A stretch of 64,000 nucleotides of DNA from an uncultured Verrucomicrobiaceae bacterium. Its GTDB lineage: Bacteria; Verrucomicrobiota; Verrucomicrobiia; Verrucomicrobiales; Verrucomicrobiaceae. The stretch spans positions 4,902 to 68,901 of the forward strand of contig CAZIGH010000026.1 in assembly GCA_964538625.1 (NCBI GenBank), given 5' to 3'. Below the pieces are notes generated by a model. It ran no database searches, was not told the origin of the DNA, and saw only the letters and a list, made by a program, of their open reading frames with translations. Position numbers and translations under genes: made by a program. Positions 9,016-18,740 of this stretch are shown piece after piece; the first letter of the stretch is position 1; the number at the start of each line of letters is the position of its first letter.

Positions 9016-9900
9016 TTATGGCGCGAGGTGCTTTTTGAAGAAGGCGTCGGCGATTTCGACGGTTTCGGCACACCAGGGGTCACTCATCCAGAAGGGGTGA
9101 GGGGCGTGCTTGAGGGTGTGGATGGCGGTCTCGATGCCGTTGGCTTTGAGCTTCTCCATCATTTCGGCGCGTCCGACTTTCAGCGTGTCTTTCTCGCCTT
9201 CGATGTAGATAACGGGCGGTACGCCGGGGCGGACGTGGTGGATGGGTGAGGCTTCGCGATAGAGGGCTTCATTCTCAGCAGCGGTGGTGCCGAAGAAGGC
9301 GAGGGTGGCCTCGCTGTTTTTGTCTTTGTTTGCTGCATACATGTCCTGGGTGGCGGCCATGACGATGGCGGCCTTGACGCTGCTGGATTGATCCTGGTGG
9401 GGGCCGTCGCCTTCGAATGGCTTTAGTCCGCTGGTCATGGCGAGGAGCCCGGAGAGGTGTCCGCCGGCGGACCCGCCCATGCAGCCGATGCGGTCGGGGT
9501 CAATGTGCCATTCTTTTGCATTGGCCCGTAGGGTGCGGACGGCGCTCTTGCAGTCGTGCAATGCGGCGGGGTACTTGGAGGTGGTGGAGAGCCGGTAGGC
9601 GATGATGGCGGTGACGTAGCCGCGCTGGGCGAGGCGCTCCATCATGGGCTTGTCAGACTCTACCTGACGTTTGGCCCAGCCGCCGCCGTGGATGTCGAGG
9701 ATGCAGGGGTAGCTGCCGGGCTTCTCTGGCACGTAAACGGTCATTTTCACCACGTCTTCCGGGTAGGTGGCTACGACGACTTCTTTCATTTCGAAGCCTT
9801 CGGGTGTGGCTGGCTTGAGGAGCTTCCACTTGGGCGGAGCTTCTTGTGCCAGTGCTGTGAGGGTGAGCAGCAGCGTGCAGAGGGTGAGGAGGTGTTTCAT
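9016..9900 (-). CDS. Secreted alpha/beta-hydrolase (esterase/lipase, HGGG-type)
   Basis: Signal peptide, then LDIHGGGW oxyanion motif and GGSAGGH (GxSxG) nucleophile elbow. Confidence 0.8.
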   Translation of the reverse strand: MKHLLTLCTLLLTLTALAQEAPPKWKLLKPATPEGFEMKEVVVATYPEDVVKMTVYVPEKPGSYPCILDIHGGGWAKRQVESDKPMMERLAQRGYVTAIIAYRLSTTSKYPAALHDCKSAVRTLRANAKEWHIDPDRIGCMGGSAGGHLSGLLAMTSGLKPFEGDGPHQDQSSSVKAAIVMAATQDMYAANKDKNSEATLAFFGTTAAENEALYREASPIHHVRPGVPPVIYIEGEKDTLKVGRAEMMEKLKANGIETAIHTLKHAPHPFWMSDPWCAETVEIADAFFKKHLAP

Positions 9901-10337
9901 TAGAGACGGAGCGGTTCTTTGAGCTCGGGGAAGCGGGCCTCGCAGGTGAGCTGGATGCCGCCGCGGGGTGAAAAGGCACCGCGCACGATGATCTGGCGTG
10001 GCTTGCAGACGGAGAGGATGTCATCCAGCACGCGGTTGACGATGACTTCGTTGAAAGAGGGTGTGTTCCGGTAGCTGGCGAGGTAGAACTTGAGGCTTTT
10101 GGTTTCGATGCAGAGCTTGTCCGGGATGTAGTAGATTTCGAGGTGGGCAGTGTCGGGCTGGCCTGTCACGGGGCAAATGCTGCTGAACTCTGGCGCATCA
10201 AGGTGGATGGTGTAGTCTCGCTGCGGGGTGCGGTTGGGGAAGGTCTCGAGGATGCTGGCGCTGGGTGCGGTGGGAAGGCGGTGCTCGGAGCTGCCAAGGA
10301 GTTTGAGCGTAGGCTTGGGGGACTTCTTTTTCGACAT
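9900..10337 (-). CDS. queF: NADPH-dependent 7-cyano-7-deazaguanine reductase QueF (type I)
   Basis: EFSSICPVTGQPDTAHLEIYYIPDKLCIETKSLKFYLASYRN is the QueF catalytic Cys/E(S/L)K(S/A) region. The start is placed at ATG 10337 (MSKKKSPK...), codon 54 of ORF 9900..10496. Confidence 0.9.
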   Translation of the reverse strand: MSKKKSPKPTLKLLGSSEHRLPTAPSASILETFPNRTPQRDYTIHLDAPEFSSICPVTGQPDTAHLEIYYIPDKLCIETKSLKFYLASYRNTPSFNEVIVNRVLDDILSVCKPRQIIVRGAFSPRGGIQLTCEARFPELKEPLRL

Positions 10338-10350
10338 GGATGCAGAGGTA

Positions 10351-10878
10351 TCAGGTGGTGGGAGGCGCTGCGTCCGGCGGTGATTCGAGCGGTGTGGGTG
10401 CGGGACGCTGCCGGGCCTCGTAGATGCGAACGACGTCGCCGGGATTGAGCGCGGTGATGTCACTGCCGTAACCGGTGGTGTGAAGTGCGCCGGCATCGAA
10501 ACCTAGCTCAATGAGAGCGCTGCGCACGGCCTCTGCACGGCGCTGGGAGAGGACGCGGCCGTACTCTGGCACGGTGCTGCTGGAGGCGAAACCGGCGATG
10601 AGTAGGGGGCGCTTGCTGCCTTTCCAGCGGGCGAGTGACTCTTGGAGTTTTGCTTTTTGGTTGTCTGCGAGGGAGAAGCTGCCGCGGGAGAAGGTGAGGT
10701 CCGTCATGATGGGTGCGGCACCTGCGGACAGGGGTGAGGCGAGTTGCTCTTGGTCTGCAAGGGCGTGGATGATGCCTGGGCCTGTGCGAAGGAGGCCCGC
10801 CAGTGAGGAGCATGAGGATAGCGCAGCGCAGGAGAGGGCGGGGAGGAGCAGAAGGTGGAGGGGTTTGAGGCGTTTCAT
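10351..10878 (-). CDS. pal: Peptidoglycan-associated lipoprotein (OmpA-like C-terminal domain)
   Basis: Lipobox-like LSSCSS. OmpA_C-like LIAGFASS...YGRVLSQRRAEAVRSALIELG...TTGYGS. Lies immediately after tolB with a 4-nt overlap. Confidence 0.8.
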   Translation of the reverse strand: MKRLKPLHLLLLPALSCAALSSCSSLAGLLRTGPGIIHALADQEQLASPLSAGAAPIMTDLTFSRGSFSLADNQKAKLQESLARWKGSKRPLLIAGFASSSTVPEYGRVLSQRRAEAVRSALIELGFDAGALHTTGYGSDITALNPGDVVRIYEARQRPAPTPLESPPDAAPPTT

Positions 10879-12110
10879 CTCATCCAGCGGGGTTCGGAGA
10901 TTTGGCCCAGTCCACGGAGGATGCTGCGGCGCTTGCCTGTGGTGACGTCATGCACCCAGAGTTGGCCGTTTTGAACATAAGCTACGCTGCGGCCATCCGG
11001 GCTCCAAGTAGGGTGCTGTGCTCCGCCGCGCTGTAGGACGGTGAGGCGTCCGCCTTCATAGGGCTTGAGGGCGATGGCCCAGTCTCCACTGATGCGGGCA
11101 GTGAAAGCGATGGTCTGGCCGTCTGGCGACCATTCGGGATCGAAGGCCTCGGGTGTGCCGGAACTCCAGCGGCGTGCGGGTGCTTCTGAGCCCAGTTCTA
11201 CGGTGTAAAGCTGGGTGCCGTCTCCGTCCCCTTCGTCTGAGGCATACATGAGCAGCCTGCCTTTGGGGTGCCAAGTCGGCGATGAGGGGACGCCTTGGGA
11301 CTCGGTGACGCAGATGGCGCGGTTGGAGCCGAGATCGAGCACGAAGATTTCTGGGTTCCCGAGAAAGCTGAGGGTGACTGCGGCGCGGCGCTCTTCGGGT
11401 GCGAAGGCGACGCCGCTGTTCATGCCGGGTGTGCTGGCAAGCTGTTGGGACATGCCGCCGCCGAGGTCCACTACCATGACGGCGGGGAAGCCGTTGTCGT
11501 AGCTGGTGTAGGCGAGCAGTGAGCCATCTGGGGCGAGCGCTGGTGAAACGGCCCCGAAGGCGTGGCTGGTGACGCGGTAAAGCCCGCCACCGTCGGGCTC
11601 GCAGACGTAGATTTGTTTGGTACCGCTGGCATTGCTTACGAAAGCGATGCGGCTGCTGGCGGTGCCGGGCTTGCCCGTGATGGCGAGGACGATGTCATCT
11701 GCGGCAGACTCGACGTTCTCTGCCAAGCCGGGGGCACCATAGCTGCGCTCAAAGAGGACCTTTCCGTAACGGTCTTTTAGGGTGGCGGAGATGCGTCCGC
11801 CGATGGAGGTGCCGGTGATGAGGTAACGGGCGGAGTTGCGCTCGACGAGGGTGACTTCCGGGTGTTTCTCGAAGTAGTCTCGCAACGCGGCGCTGGCCGA
11901 GCTGCCGGTGCCGCCACCGAGTGGCTCGATGCTGAGGGTGCGTACGCTTGCTAACTGAGCGGAGACTGGTCCGCCGGCTGCCCTGTCGCGGGCAAAGAGT
12001 TTTTTGAACCAGCTCTCTGCCCGAGCTGCGTTGGCCAAGGCGAGCAGCAAGCCGAGCACCAGGCAGGTCATGCCTGGCCGGAGCTGTGGGCGGAGCAGGC
12101 TACTCGACAT
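10875..12110 (-). CDS. tolB: Tol-Pal system beta-propeller protein TolB
   Basis: Repeated PxWSPDG-type blades (SPALAPDGSLLAY, PTWHPKGRLLMY, PEWSPDGQTIAF, PTWSPDGRSVAY). The start is placed at ATG 12110 (MSSSLLRPQL, signal peptide) and overlaps the upstream gene end by 11 nt. Confidence 0.85.
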   Translation of the reverse strand: MSSSLLRPQLRPGMTCLVLGLLLALANAARAESWFKKLFARDRAAGGPVSAQLASVRTLSIEPLGGGTGSSASAALRDYFEKHPEVTLVERNSARYLITGTSIGGRISATLKDRYGKVLFERSYGAPGLAENVESAADDIVLAITGKPGTASSRIAFVSNASGTKQIYVCEPDGGGLYRVTSHAFGAVSPALAPDGSLLAYTSYDNGFPAVMVVDLGGGMSQQLASTPGMNSGVAFAPEERRAAVTLSFLGNPEIFVLDLGSNRAICVTESQGVPSSPTWHPKGRLLMYASDEGDGDGTQLYTVELGSEAPARRWSSGTPEAFDPEWSPDGQTIAFTARISGDWAIALKPYEGGRLTVLQRGGAQHPTWSPDGRSVAYVQNGQLWVHDVTTGKRRSILRGLGQISEPRWMR

Positions 12111-12834
12111 TGAAGCGGACTTGAACGGAATAACGTTCACCAACGAATGAGGGGGGAAGACTTTCGCCGACTTTCTCCAGCCGGTCTGCGGCTTCAAGCA
12201 CGGATGCGTCAACAGCCTTGTCACCGGAGGGCTGGACGAGCTTGAAGCTGGCGAGCTTGCCTGAGCGGTCCAGTGCCACTTCCAGCAGGACGGACCGCTG
12301 GCCGGGTGCTTTGGGAGTGGTCCATGCTTTAAGGAAGGAGTCGATCAATGCGCGGTCCACGCTGTCTAGTGCTGCCGAAGACGCTGAGGCGGCGGGCGGC
12401 AGTCTCGAGACGGTAATGAAGCGCGAGACTTCGCCCGGGGCTGGTGGTGGGGAGTAGGATGGGGAGACGGGGCTGGGTGCTACGGAGGCGGGCTTGTCCG
12501 GGGGACGGATCAAGATGGCTTTTGGAACGGGTTTTTCTTCCGGCTCGACGGTAGGAGGTGCTGGGGTCTTGGTGCGGATGATGATGGGGGGAGGTGTGTT
12601 GCTGGGTGGTGCATTTGGGGCTGGGGACTCCGCTTCTTTGTGCACCATGGTGGTGCTGACATCTGCGGTTTCCATCCAGGAAAGGTGCGCTGCCTCGGCG
12701 ATGCGCGGTGCGGAGAAGCGCTGGATCTGAAGCCACCACCAGACGGCGGCGGCAAGCACCAGGTGGCCCAGCACTGCCAGGACGACGAAGCGCCGTATGG
12801 GCTCAAGCTTGAACTCTGTGCGGGTGGAACTCAT
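12100..12834 (-). CDS. TolA/TonB-like energy-transducer protein (N-terminal TM, Pro-rich linker, TonB_C-like domain)
   Basis: TM segment VVLAVLGHLVLAAAVWWWL. Pro-rich PAPNAPPSNTPPPIIIRTKTPAPPTVEPEEKPVP. Lies between tolR and tolB. Confidence 0.65.
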   Translation of the reverse strand: MSSTRTEFKLEPIRRFVVLAVLGHLVLAAAVWWWLQIQRFSAPRIAEAAHLSWMETADVSTTMVHKEAESPAPNAPPSNTPPPIIIRTKTPAPPTVEPEEKPVPKAILIRPPDKPASVAPSPVSPSYSPPPAPGEVSRFITVSRLPPAASASSAALDSVDRALIDSFLKAWTTPKAPGQRSVLLEVALDRSGKLASFKLVQPSGDKAVDASVLEAADRLEKVGESLPPSFVGERYSVQVRFNVE

Positions 12835-13247
12835 GGCGCTGGTGGCGGGGACCAGGAGAAGGTCTGGACGGCGGTTTTTTGAACACCTGCCTCGCGGAGC
12901 ACGGCCACAAGTTCCACAATGCGTTGCACGGGCTGATTGCCGGCGAGCTTGATCATGACACCTGCGCCCGGACGCGTGGTCAGGAGGTCCTTCGTGGCCT
13001 GTCCAAGCTCGCTGGTGGAGAGGCTGCGTCCGTTGAGAATGAGGCGGTCGGAGGAGCCGGCTTCCAACACGACGTAGTCCGTGGGAGCGGAGGAGGGTGC
13101 GCTGACTACGCTCTGCACGCTTTCTGTTTTCAGCAGCGGAACCACGAGCACGAACACAAAAAGCAGTACGAAGACCAAGTCCATGTAGGGGACAAAGTTG
13201 ATCTCTGCGATGTAGCGAGGCGGCGGGCGGCTGCTCCAGCGGTGCAT
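12831..13247 (-). CDS. tolR: TolR/ExbD family protein
   Basis: INFVPYMDLVFVLLFVFVLVVPLL TM segment followed by a periplasmic domain. Assigned from its Tol-Pal operon context. Confidence 0.8.
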   Translation of the reverse strand: MHRWSSRPPPRYIAEINFVPYMDLVFVLLFVFVLVVPLLKTESVQSVVSAPSSAPTDYVVLEAGSSDRLILNGRSLSTSELGQATKDLLTTRPGAGVMIKLAGNQPVQRIVELVAVLREAGVQKTAVQTFSWSPPPAP

Positions 13248-13266
13248 GAGGGTGAGGTGTGGCGGT

Positions 13267-13617
13267 TCAAAGCTGCACGCCTGCGAGGTCGAGCAGCTTC
13301 ATGGTGAGGAAATAGAGTGCTACGGTACCAACGATGCAGCCCAGCAGACTGGGCCAGAAGCCGAAGCCTTTGTTAATGAGCCATGGCAGGGCGAGGAACA
13401 TGGGCAGCGTGGGAAGTACGAACCAGAAGGTGCCGAAGGCGTGTTTTCCAATCATGGGCGCATCCCGTGTCTCGGCATAGAGCCAGATGAAGGCGAGGAG
13501 TGAGGTGAGTGGCAGCGAGTGGATGATGCTGGCTGCGAAGTTGTTTCGTTTGGCGGTCTCGGTGACGAGGACGATGACTCCAGCGGAGAGGAACAGTTTG
13601 AGCAGGTAGTACCACAT
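13267..13617 (-). CDS. Small 4-TM membrane protein (DUF3147-like) inserted between tolQ and tolR
   Basis: MWYYLLKLFLSAGVIVLVTETAKRN... is hydrophobic throughout. The start is placed at ATG 13617, 5 nt after the tolQ stop. The family name is from recollection only. Confidence 0.55.
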   Translation of the reverse strand: MWYYLLKLFLSAGVIVLVTETAKRNNFAASIIHSLPLTSLLAFIWLYAETRDAPMIGKHAFGTFWFVLPTLPMFLALPWLINKGFGFWPSLLGCIVGTVALYFLTMKLLDLAGVQL

Positions 13618-13621
13618 GCGA

Positions 13622-14482
13622 TCAGAGTGCGGTTGGTGGGTTGGGCACGCTGGCCCTAGGCAGCGGGGATGAGCTGGCGGTGGCGAAGGAGGCCACACTG
13701 GGCGGGCCGAAGGCGCTCATGCTGGGTATCTCATCTGCTGGTGCGCGGTGGTCCACGTAGTGTCTGTCCAGCACGGTGCCGAGCTCTCCGACGAAGTTCT
13801 CCAGCCGCAGGGTCATGGCTCTCATGCGGCTGACGAGGAAGTTGTAGCCCATCATGCTCGGCAGTGCGACGAGCAGACCGAGCACGGTAGTGAGGAGTGC
13901 AGCAGCCACCCCGGGGGCGACAGCCTGCACGGGCACGGCTCCTTTGGCACCAGCTACCTCGCCAAACGCTTCCATGATGCCCCAAACGGTGCCTAAAAGG
14001 CCCAGCACAGGTGCCGCGCTGACGGCGATGGCCACGACACCCAGCCGGGACTCCACTTTGACGCAGGCCTCGTTCATCGCTCGCTCCATAGTACGGCGGA
14101 TGGCATTGGACTGGGAGGCGGTGATTTTTCCTGCCCCTTGCAGGCGCTGGGAGAAGGTTTTGTCTGGCTGGTCGAGGCCTACGAGGTGGAAGGCGAGCTC
14201 TCGGGCTGCGGCGTAGTAGATGTGGAAGAGAGGTGAAGCGGGGAAGCGCTCATCTGACTGGAACAGGGACAGGGGGTGGCTGCTGTGGCGAAACACTTGC
14301 AGGAACTCGGCATTGGCACCGCGTGCGGAACCGAGAAGGTGCAACTTGGCGGCGATGACGAACCAGCTGACTACCGAAAGCAGTACGATCAGTGCGCAAG
14401 TCACCAGGCCGGTGGTGGAGGCCTGGCTGAGCGCGAAGTCGAGGCCCATGGCGAGAAGCGGTGAGGTGCTGGAGAGAAGCAT
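13622..14482 (-). CDS. tolQ: TolQ (MotA/TolQ/ExbB proton channel)
   Basis: VVAIAVSAAPVLGLLGTVWGIMEAF...AVAPGVAAALLTTVLGLLVALPSMMGYN. First gene of the Tol-Pal cluster. Confidence 0.8.
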   Translation of the reverse strand: MLLSSTSPLLAMGLDFALSQASTTGLVTCALIVLLSVVSWFVIAAKLHLLGSARGANAEFLQVFRHSSHPLSLFQSDERFPASPLFHIYYAAARELAFHLVGLDQPDKTFSQRLQGAGKITASQSNAIRRTMERAMNEACVKVESRLGVVAIAVSAAPVLGLLGTVWGIMEAFGEVAGAKGAVPVQAVAPGVAAALLTTVLGLLVALPSMMGYNFLVSRMRAMTLRLENFVGELGTVLDRHYVDHRAPADEIPSMSAFGPPSVASFATASSSPLPRASVPNPPTAL

Positions 14483-14647
14483 GAGGGAGGGAAACTACGC
14501 TGCTCATCCTAGACATGAATCCTTCAGTTGTCTTGACCAAATGTGACCGGGTGAGGTGGATACCTTCCGAGGATGGCACGCTGGCGCAGGTGGCTTTCCC
14601 GGATGCGGAGATCGATGTGACGGAGCTGTTGCGTTGAGCAGGAGGGG

Positions 14648-15763
14648 CTACACGTTGAAGCGCCACTCCACCACGTCGCCGTCACGCATGACGTATTCTT
14701 TGCCCTCGATGCGGAGCTTGCCGGCTTCGCGGCACTTGGCCTCGGAGCCGAGAGCCACTAGGTCATCGTAGTGGACGATCTGGGCGGCGATGAAACCGCG
14801 CTCGAAGTCGCCGTGGATGACGCCTGCGGCCTGCGGGGCCTTGGTTCCTTTGGTGATGGTCCAGGCGCGGGTTTCCTTTTCCCCGGTGGTCAGATAGGTC
14901 TGCAGACCGAGGAGATCGTAAGCGCTCTTGATGAGGCGCGAAACGCCGGAGTCTGTGACGCCGAGGTCAGCGAGATAGGCTTTCGCATCTTCCTCCGGCA
15001 GATCGACCAGTTCGTTCTCGATTGCGGCGCTGATGACGACGGCGCTGGCGCTGTGCATGGCGGCTACGTGCTTGCGCACGGCGGAGACGAGCGGGTGGTC
15101 GTCCGGCTTGTTCGCTGCGGTGGCGAGCTCGTCCTCAGCCACGTTGCAGGCGTAGATGACGGGCTTTGAGGAGAGGAGAAAGAAGGACTTGAGGAGCTTC
15201 TTTTCATCGTCGGTCAGCTCCAGGGTGATGGCGGGACGGCCTTCATCTAGGTGAGGGATGAGCTTCTCTACCAAGGCGAGTTCAGCGGCAGCGTCTTTGT
15301 TGCCGCGCTTGGCATCTTTTTCGATTCGTGCCTTGCGTTTGGTCATGCTTTCGAGGTCGGCGATGACTAGCTCGGTATTGATGACATCGATGTCACGAAT
15401 GGGGTCCACGCTGCCGTCCACGTGATGAATGTCACCGCTCTCAAAACAGCGGACCACATGGACGATGGCATCCACCTCACGGATGTTGCTGAGGAACTGG
15501 TTGCCGAGGCCTTCGCCCTTGCTGGCGCCCTTTACCAGGCCCGCGATGTCCACAAACTCGATGGCTGCGGGAACGATTTTTTGCGTGCCGCTGAGCTTGC
15601 CCAGCACGGTGAGGCGCTCATCCGGCACGATGACTACGCCGATGTTCGGCTCGATGGTGCAGAAGGGATAGTTCGCCGCCTCCGCTTTCCGTGTGCGGGT
15701 GACCGCATTGAAAAGGGTGGACTTGCCGACATTGGGGAGACCGACGATACCTGCGCGCAACAT
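14648..15763 (-). CDS. ychF: Ribosome-binding ATPase YchF
   Basis: [20 protein letters not shown] (G1), [10 protein letters not shown], and a C-terminal TGS-like RAWTI..G..AP.AAG.IH.DF..GFI. The start is at ATG 15763, codon 47 of the tracked ORF. Confidence 0.92.
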   Translation of the reverse strand: MLRAGIVGLPNVGKSTLFNAVTRTRKAEAANYPFCTIEPNIGVVIVPDERLTVLGKLSGTQKIVPAAIEFVDIAGLVKGASKGEGLGNQFLSNIREVDAIVHVVRCFESGDIHHVDGSVDPIRDIDVINTELVIADLESMTKRKARIEKDAKRGNKDAAAELALVEKLIPHLDEGRPAITLELTDDEKKLLKSFFLLSSKPVIYACNVAEDELATAANKPDDHPLVSAVRKHVAAMHSASAVVISAAIENELVDLPEEDAKAYLADLGVTDSGVSRLIKSAYDLLGLQTYLTTGEKETRAWTITKGTKAPQAAGVIHGDFERGFIAAQIVHYDDLVALGSEAKCREAGKLRIEGKEYVMRDGDVVEWRFNV

Positions 15764-15882
15764 AATAGAAATGGGGGCCGCGAGGGTAGCAGGCGAACGG
15801 GCGTCCGCATCTGGAAAGATGCGATGAAGATGCTTGTCCTGCGGTCCGGCGGCGTGGAGTATCTGATTGTTTCTCACCCCAC

Positions 15883-17922
15883 ATGGTCTCCTGGAAGTCA
15901 ATCACCACCCGCACGTTGATCAAACTGGGCAGCGGTATGGGGCTGCTGCTTTTGCTGATGACGTGTGTGACCCACTACCTGGTGTTCCAGGAAGTGGAGA
16001 GGCGAGAGCTGCAGCACATGGGCTTCTCCCTGGGGGAGAGGGTAGAGCGCATTGAGCGCCAGTTGGCTGAGATCCCGAAGAATCTGTATTTGATGCGGGC
16101 CGCGTTTTTGGAAGCGTGGAAGGGGACCACCTCACCAGAGCAGCTCAGTGCATGGAACGAGGATATGGTGCTGGATCCGGACGGGGCTTGGCGGGCGCGA
16201 CTGTCGCCAAGTGAAGTGCCACATGAGAGGCTAGTGCTGTGGATTAAAAAGGGAGTGGTGGTGGATGATGCTCTCAAACGCAAGCTGGTGGCGCTGAGGT
16301 CGATGTGCCGCCGTTTTCAGCCCGGCTGGGCACATGGCTTTCGTAGCTGCTACGGCAACAACTTTGATGGCTCCACGATCACGGGGTTCGATGCGGAGAT
16401 GGCAGGGTTTGATCTACCAGCAGATTTCGACACCCTGAGGGATCCTACAGTGGTGGGCTGTTCGCAGGCGAACAACCCTGAGCGCGCCATTGTTTGGACG
16501 AGCGCACACTCGGTAGGACCGGAGTATTGCATGGTGTCGGTGGTGATGCCGGTGGACGTAGGTGGTGAGCACTTGGTGAACGTGGGGCATGATCTGCTGG
16601 TAAACAACTTGGTGACAGAGACCGAGCGTGGTGAGGTGGGTGCACTGAAGCATGCGATTGTGCGGCGAGACGGTCTCATGATCGCGGGGCCGGGATTGAC
16701 ACGTGCCATTCACGCCGCGAACGGTCAGCTGTCGATGGCCGACGCGGAGATTGAGGGCTGGAAGAAACTCTTTCCTGCACTCAGGGAGCATGGTGAGGAA
16801 GACTTTACGGGTTTCGATGCGGCCAGTGGATTGTATTATGCAGGCCGCCAGCTGACCGGGCCCGGCTGGCTTTACCTCGCCACACTACCACAGGCAGCAC
16901 TTCACTCCCAGGCATTCACGACCACGCGCTGGGTGGTGTGGACGGCGCTGCCAGCTTACGTCTTGGGCCTGGTCATGCTGGGGCGCATCATGACCAACAA
17001 CGTGGCCCTGCCGATTTCGCAGCTTTTGAATGCCACCCGCGCACTGGCAGAGGGCAGGGCGCGGTTGGGGATACCAGTGGAACGAGACGATGAGATAGGC
17101 GTGCTGGCTAGCGCGTTCGAGCGCATGGCGAACCGGGTGAGGGAAGAAAAGGAGGGTCTGGAGCGCAGGGTGGCGGAGCGCACGGTGAAGCTTGAGGCGG
17201 CATTGGAGCGCCAGACAGAACTGGTGCGTTTGAAGTCAGATTTTGTCTCGATGGTGTCACACGAGTTTCGTACGCCGCTGAGTGTCATCTTATCTGCTTG
17301 CCAGGTGCTGGAGCGCTACCGCGCAAGGTTGGACGAGGAGCAGAGTGCAGAGCACGTGAGCATGATAGCCGACAACACTCGGCGTCTTTCCCGGATGGTG
17401 GATGAAGTGCTGTTGTTGGCCCGTACAGAACAGGAGGTGCAGGCAGCCCAGCTGCGGGAGCTGGACGTGGTGGCGCTTTTGACCAAGCTAGTGCAGGAGG
17501 CGAACGCTGCGTCTCAGGGTTGCGTGGAGGTGAAGTTGATTTGCAAGGATGGCCTGCCACCAGCGTGGGCAGACGAGTTGCTCCTTTGCCACATCATGAA
17601 CAATCTGCTGTCCAACGCGGTAAAGTACAGCGAGAATGGCTCCATGGTGGTGGTGGATGTGGAGAAAGAGGGTGTGAATCTGATCCTGCAGATCGAGGAC
17701 GCGGGCATCGGCATCCCAGAGAAAGATCAGAGGCACCTGTTCACTTCCTTTTTGCGGGGCAGCAATGTGGGAGACAGACCGGGCACAGGCCTGGGGCTAG
17801 TGATGGTGCAGCGTTGTGTGGCGTTGCACGGCGGTGAGCTGGACTTGAAGAGCGCCGTAGGCCTAGGTACAGTGGTGCGCGTGAAGTTGCCGTTGTTCTG
17901 CCAGCCCCATGAACAGGCATGA
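15883..17922 (+). CDS. Sensor histidine kinase (periplasmic sensor domain, HAMP, HisKA, HATPase_c)
   Basis: H-box FVSMVSHEFRTPL, N-box LLSNAVKYS, G-boxes EDAGIGIP and GTGLGL. There are two TM segments flanking a ~330-aa extracytoplasmic domain. Confidence 0.85.
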   Translation: MVSWKSITTRTLIKLGSGMGLLLLLMTCVTHYLVFQEVERRELQHMGFSLGERVERIERQLAEIPKNLYLMRAAFLEAWKGTTSPEQLSAWNEDMVLDPDGAWRARLSPSEVPHERLVLWIKKGVVVDDALKRKLVALRSMCRRFQPGWAHGFRSCYGNNFDGSTITGFDAEMAGFDLPADFDTLRDPTVVGCSQANNPERAIVWTSAHSVGPEYCMVSVVMPVDVGGEHLVNVGHDLLVNNLVTETERGEVGALKHAIVRRDGLMIAGPGLTRAIHAANGQLSMADAEIEGWKKLFPALREHGEEDFTGFDAASGLYYAGRQLTGPGWLYLATLPQAALHSQAFTTTRWVVWTALPAYVLGLVMLGRIMTNNVALPISQLLNATRALAEGRARLGIPVERDDEIGVLASAFERMANRVREEKEGLERRVAERTVKLEAALERQTELVRLKSDFVSMVSHEFRTPLSVILSACQVLERYRARLDEEQSAEHVSMIADNTRRLSRMVDEVLLLARTEQEVQAAQLRELDVVALLTKLVQEANAASQGCVEVKLICKDGLPPAWADELLLCHIMNNLLSNAVKYSENGSMVVVDVEKEGVNLILQIEDAGIGIPEKDQRHLFTSFLRGSNVGDRPGTGLGLVMVQRCVALHGGELDLKSAVGLGTVVRVKLPLFCQPHEQA

Positions 17923-18536
17923 AGACGATTCTTGTCATTGAGGATCATGACCAGATGCGCAAGAATCTGGTGACCATTCTTTCCATGGAGGGGTACGCGG
18001 TGTTGGAAGCGGCAGATGGCATGACTGGCTTGGGACTGGCCCAGGATGAGAAGCCGGATCTGGTGGTGTGTGATGTCTCCATGCCTGATGTGGACGGACA
18101 CGAGGTGCTGCGCTCGATGCGTGCCGACCGCTCCATCAGTGGCACACCCTTTATATTTCTGACCGCCAGAGGAAAAAGGGATGATCAACGGGCGGGCATG
18201 AATCTTGGGGCGGACGATTATCTGGTCAAACCGGTGGAGGCAGACGACTTGCTAGCTTCCATTGAGGCACGTCTGAGCCGTGAGATGGTTCGCACGAAGG
18301 CGTTGAAGCCAGACTTCACTTCGCCAGTACCGCTCGAACAGCTCGGTCTGTCCAGCCGAGAGGCGCAGGTTCTGTTGTGGGTGGCTCAGGGGAAGTCAAA
18401 CTCGGAGATTGCTATGATCCTGGGGGTGGCGACGGGCACCATCAAGGTACACCTGAGGCATCTGTTCCAGAAACTGGGAGCGGACAACCGTCACGCGCTG
18501 GCCATGATGGCCTTGGAACGTCTCTCTCTCAGGTGA
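17919..18536 (+). CDS. Response regulator, NarL/FixJ (LuxR HTH) family
   Basis: REC domain (ILVIEDH...DLVVCDVSMPDVDG...K). C-terminal SSREAQVLLWVAQGKSNSEIAMILGVATGTIKVHLRHLFQKLG. The start overlaps the kinase stop (ATGA). Confidence 0.9.
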   Translation: MKTILVIEDHDQMRKNLVTILSMEGYAVLEAADGMTGLGLAQDEKPDLVVCDVSMPDVDGHEVLRSMRADRSISGTPFIFLTARGKRDDQRAGMNLGADDYLVKPVEADDLLASIEARLSREMVRTKALKPDFTSPVPLEQLGLSSREAQVLLWVAQGKSNSEIAMILGVATGTIKVHLRHLFQKLGADNRHALAMMALERLSLR

Positions 18537-18740
18537 ATACCCCGGAAGAGGTATGGCACCACTGTGGCTTAGGTAGGACTATGTCCGCCGCATGGCCGTC
18601 TCCACTTCTGCATACCGAGTATCTCCCACGTTCAGTGTGCTAGCCGGTGCATTTGGACTTGTGTGCCGAGTGTGTGAGGACTCTTCCGTATGAGTCATGA
18701 GAGGGCCGAAGCCATCATTTGGAATACCTGCTGAATCACC

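Noticed and set aside
10338-10350. preQ1 riboswitch upstream of queF
   Set aside because: Only 13 nt separate queF from the pal stop, which leaves no room for an aptamer. queF appears to be co-transcribed with the Tol-Pal genes.
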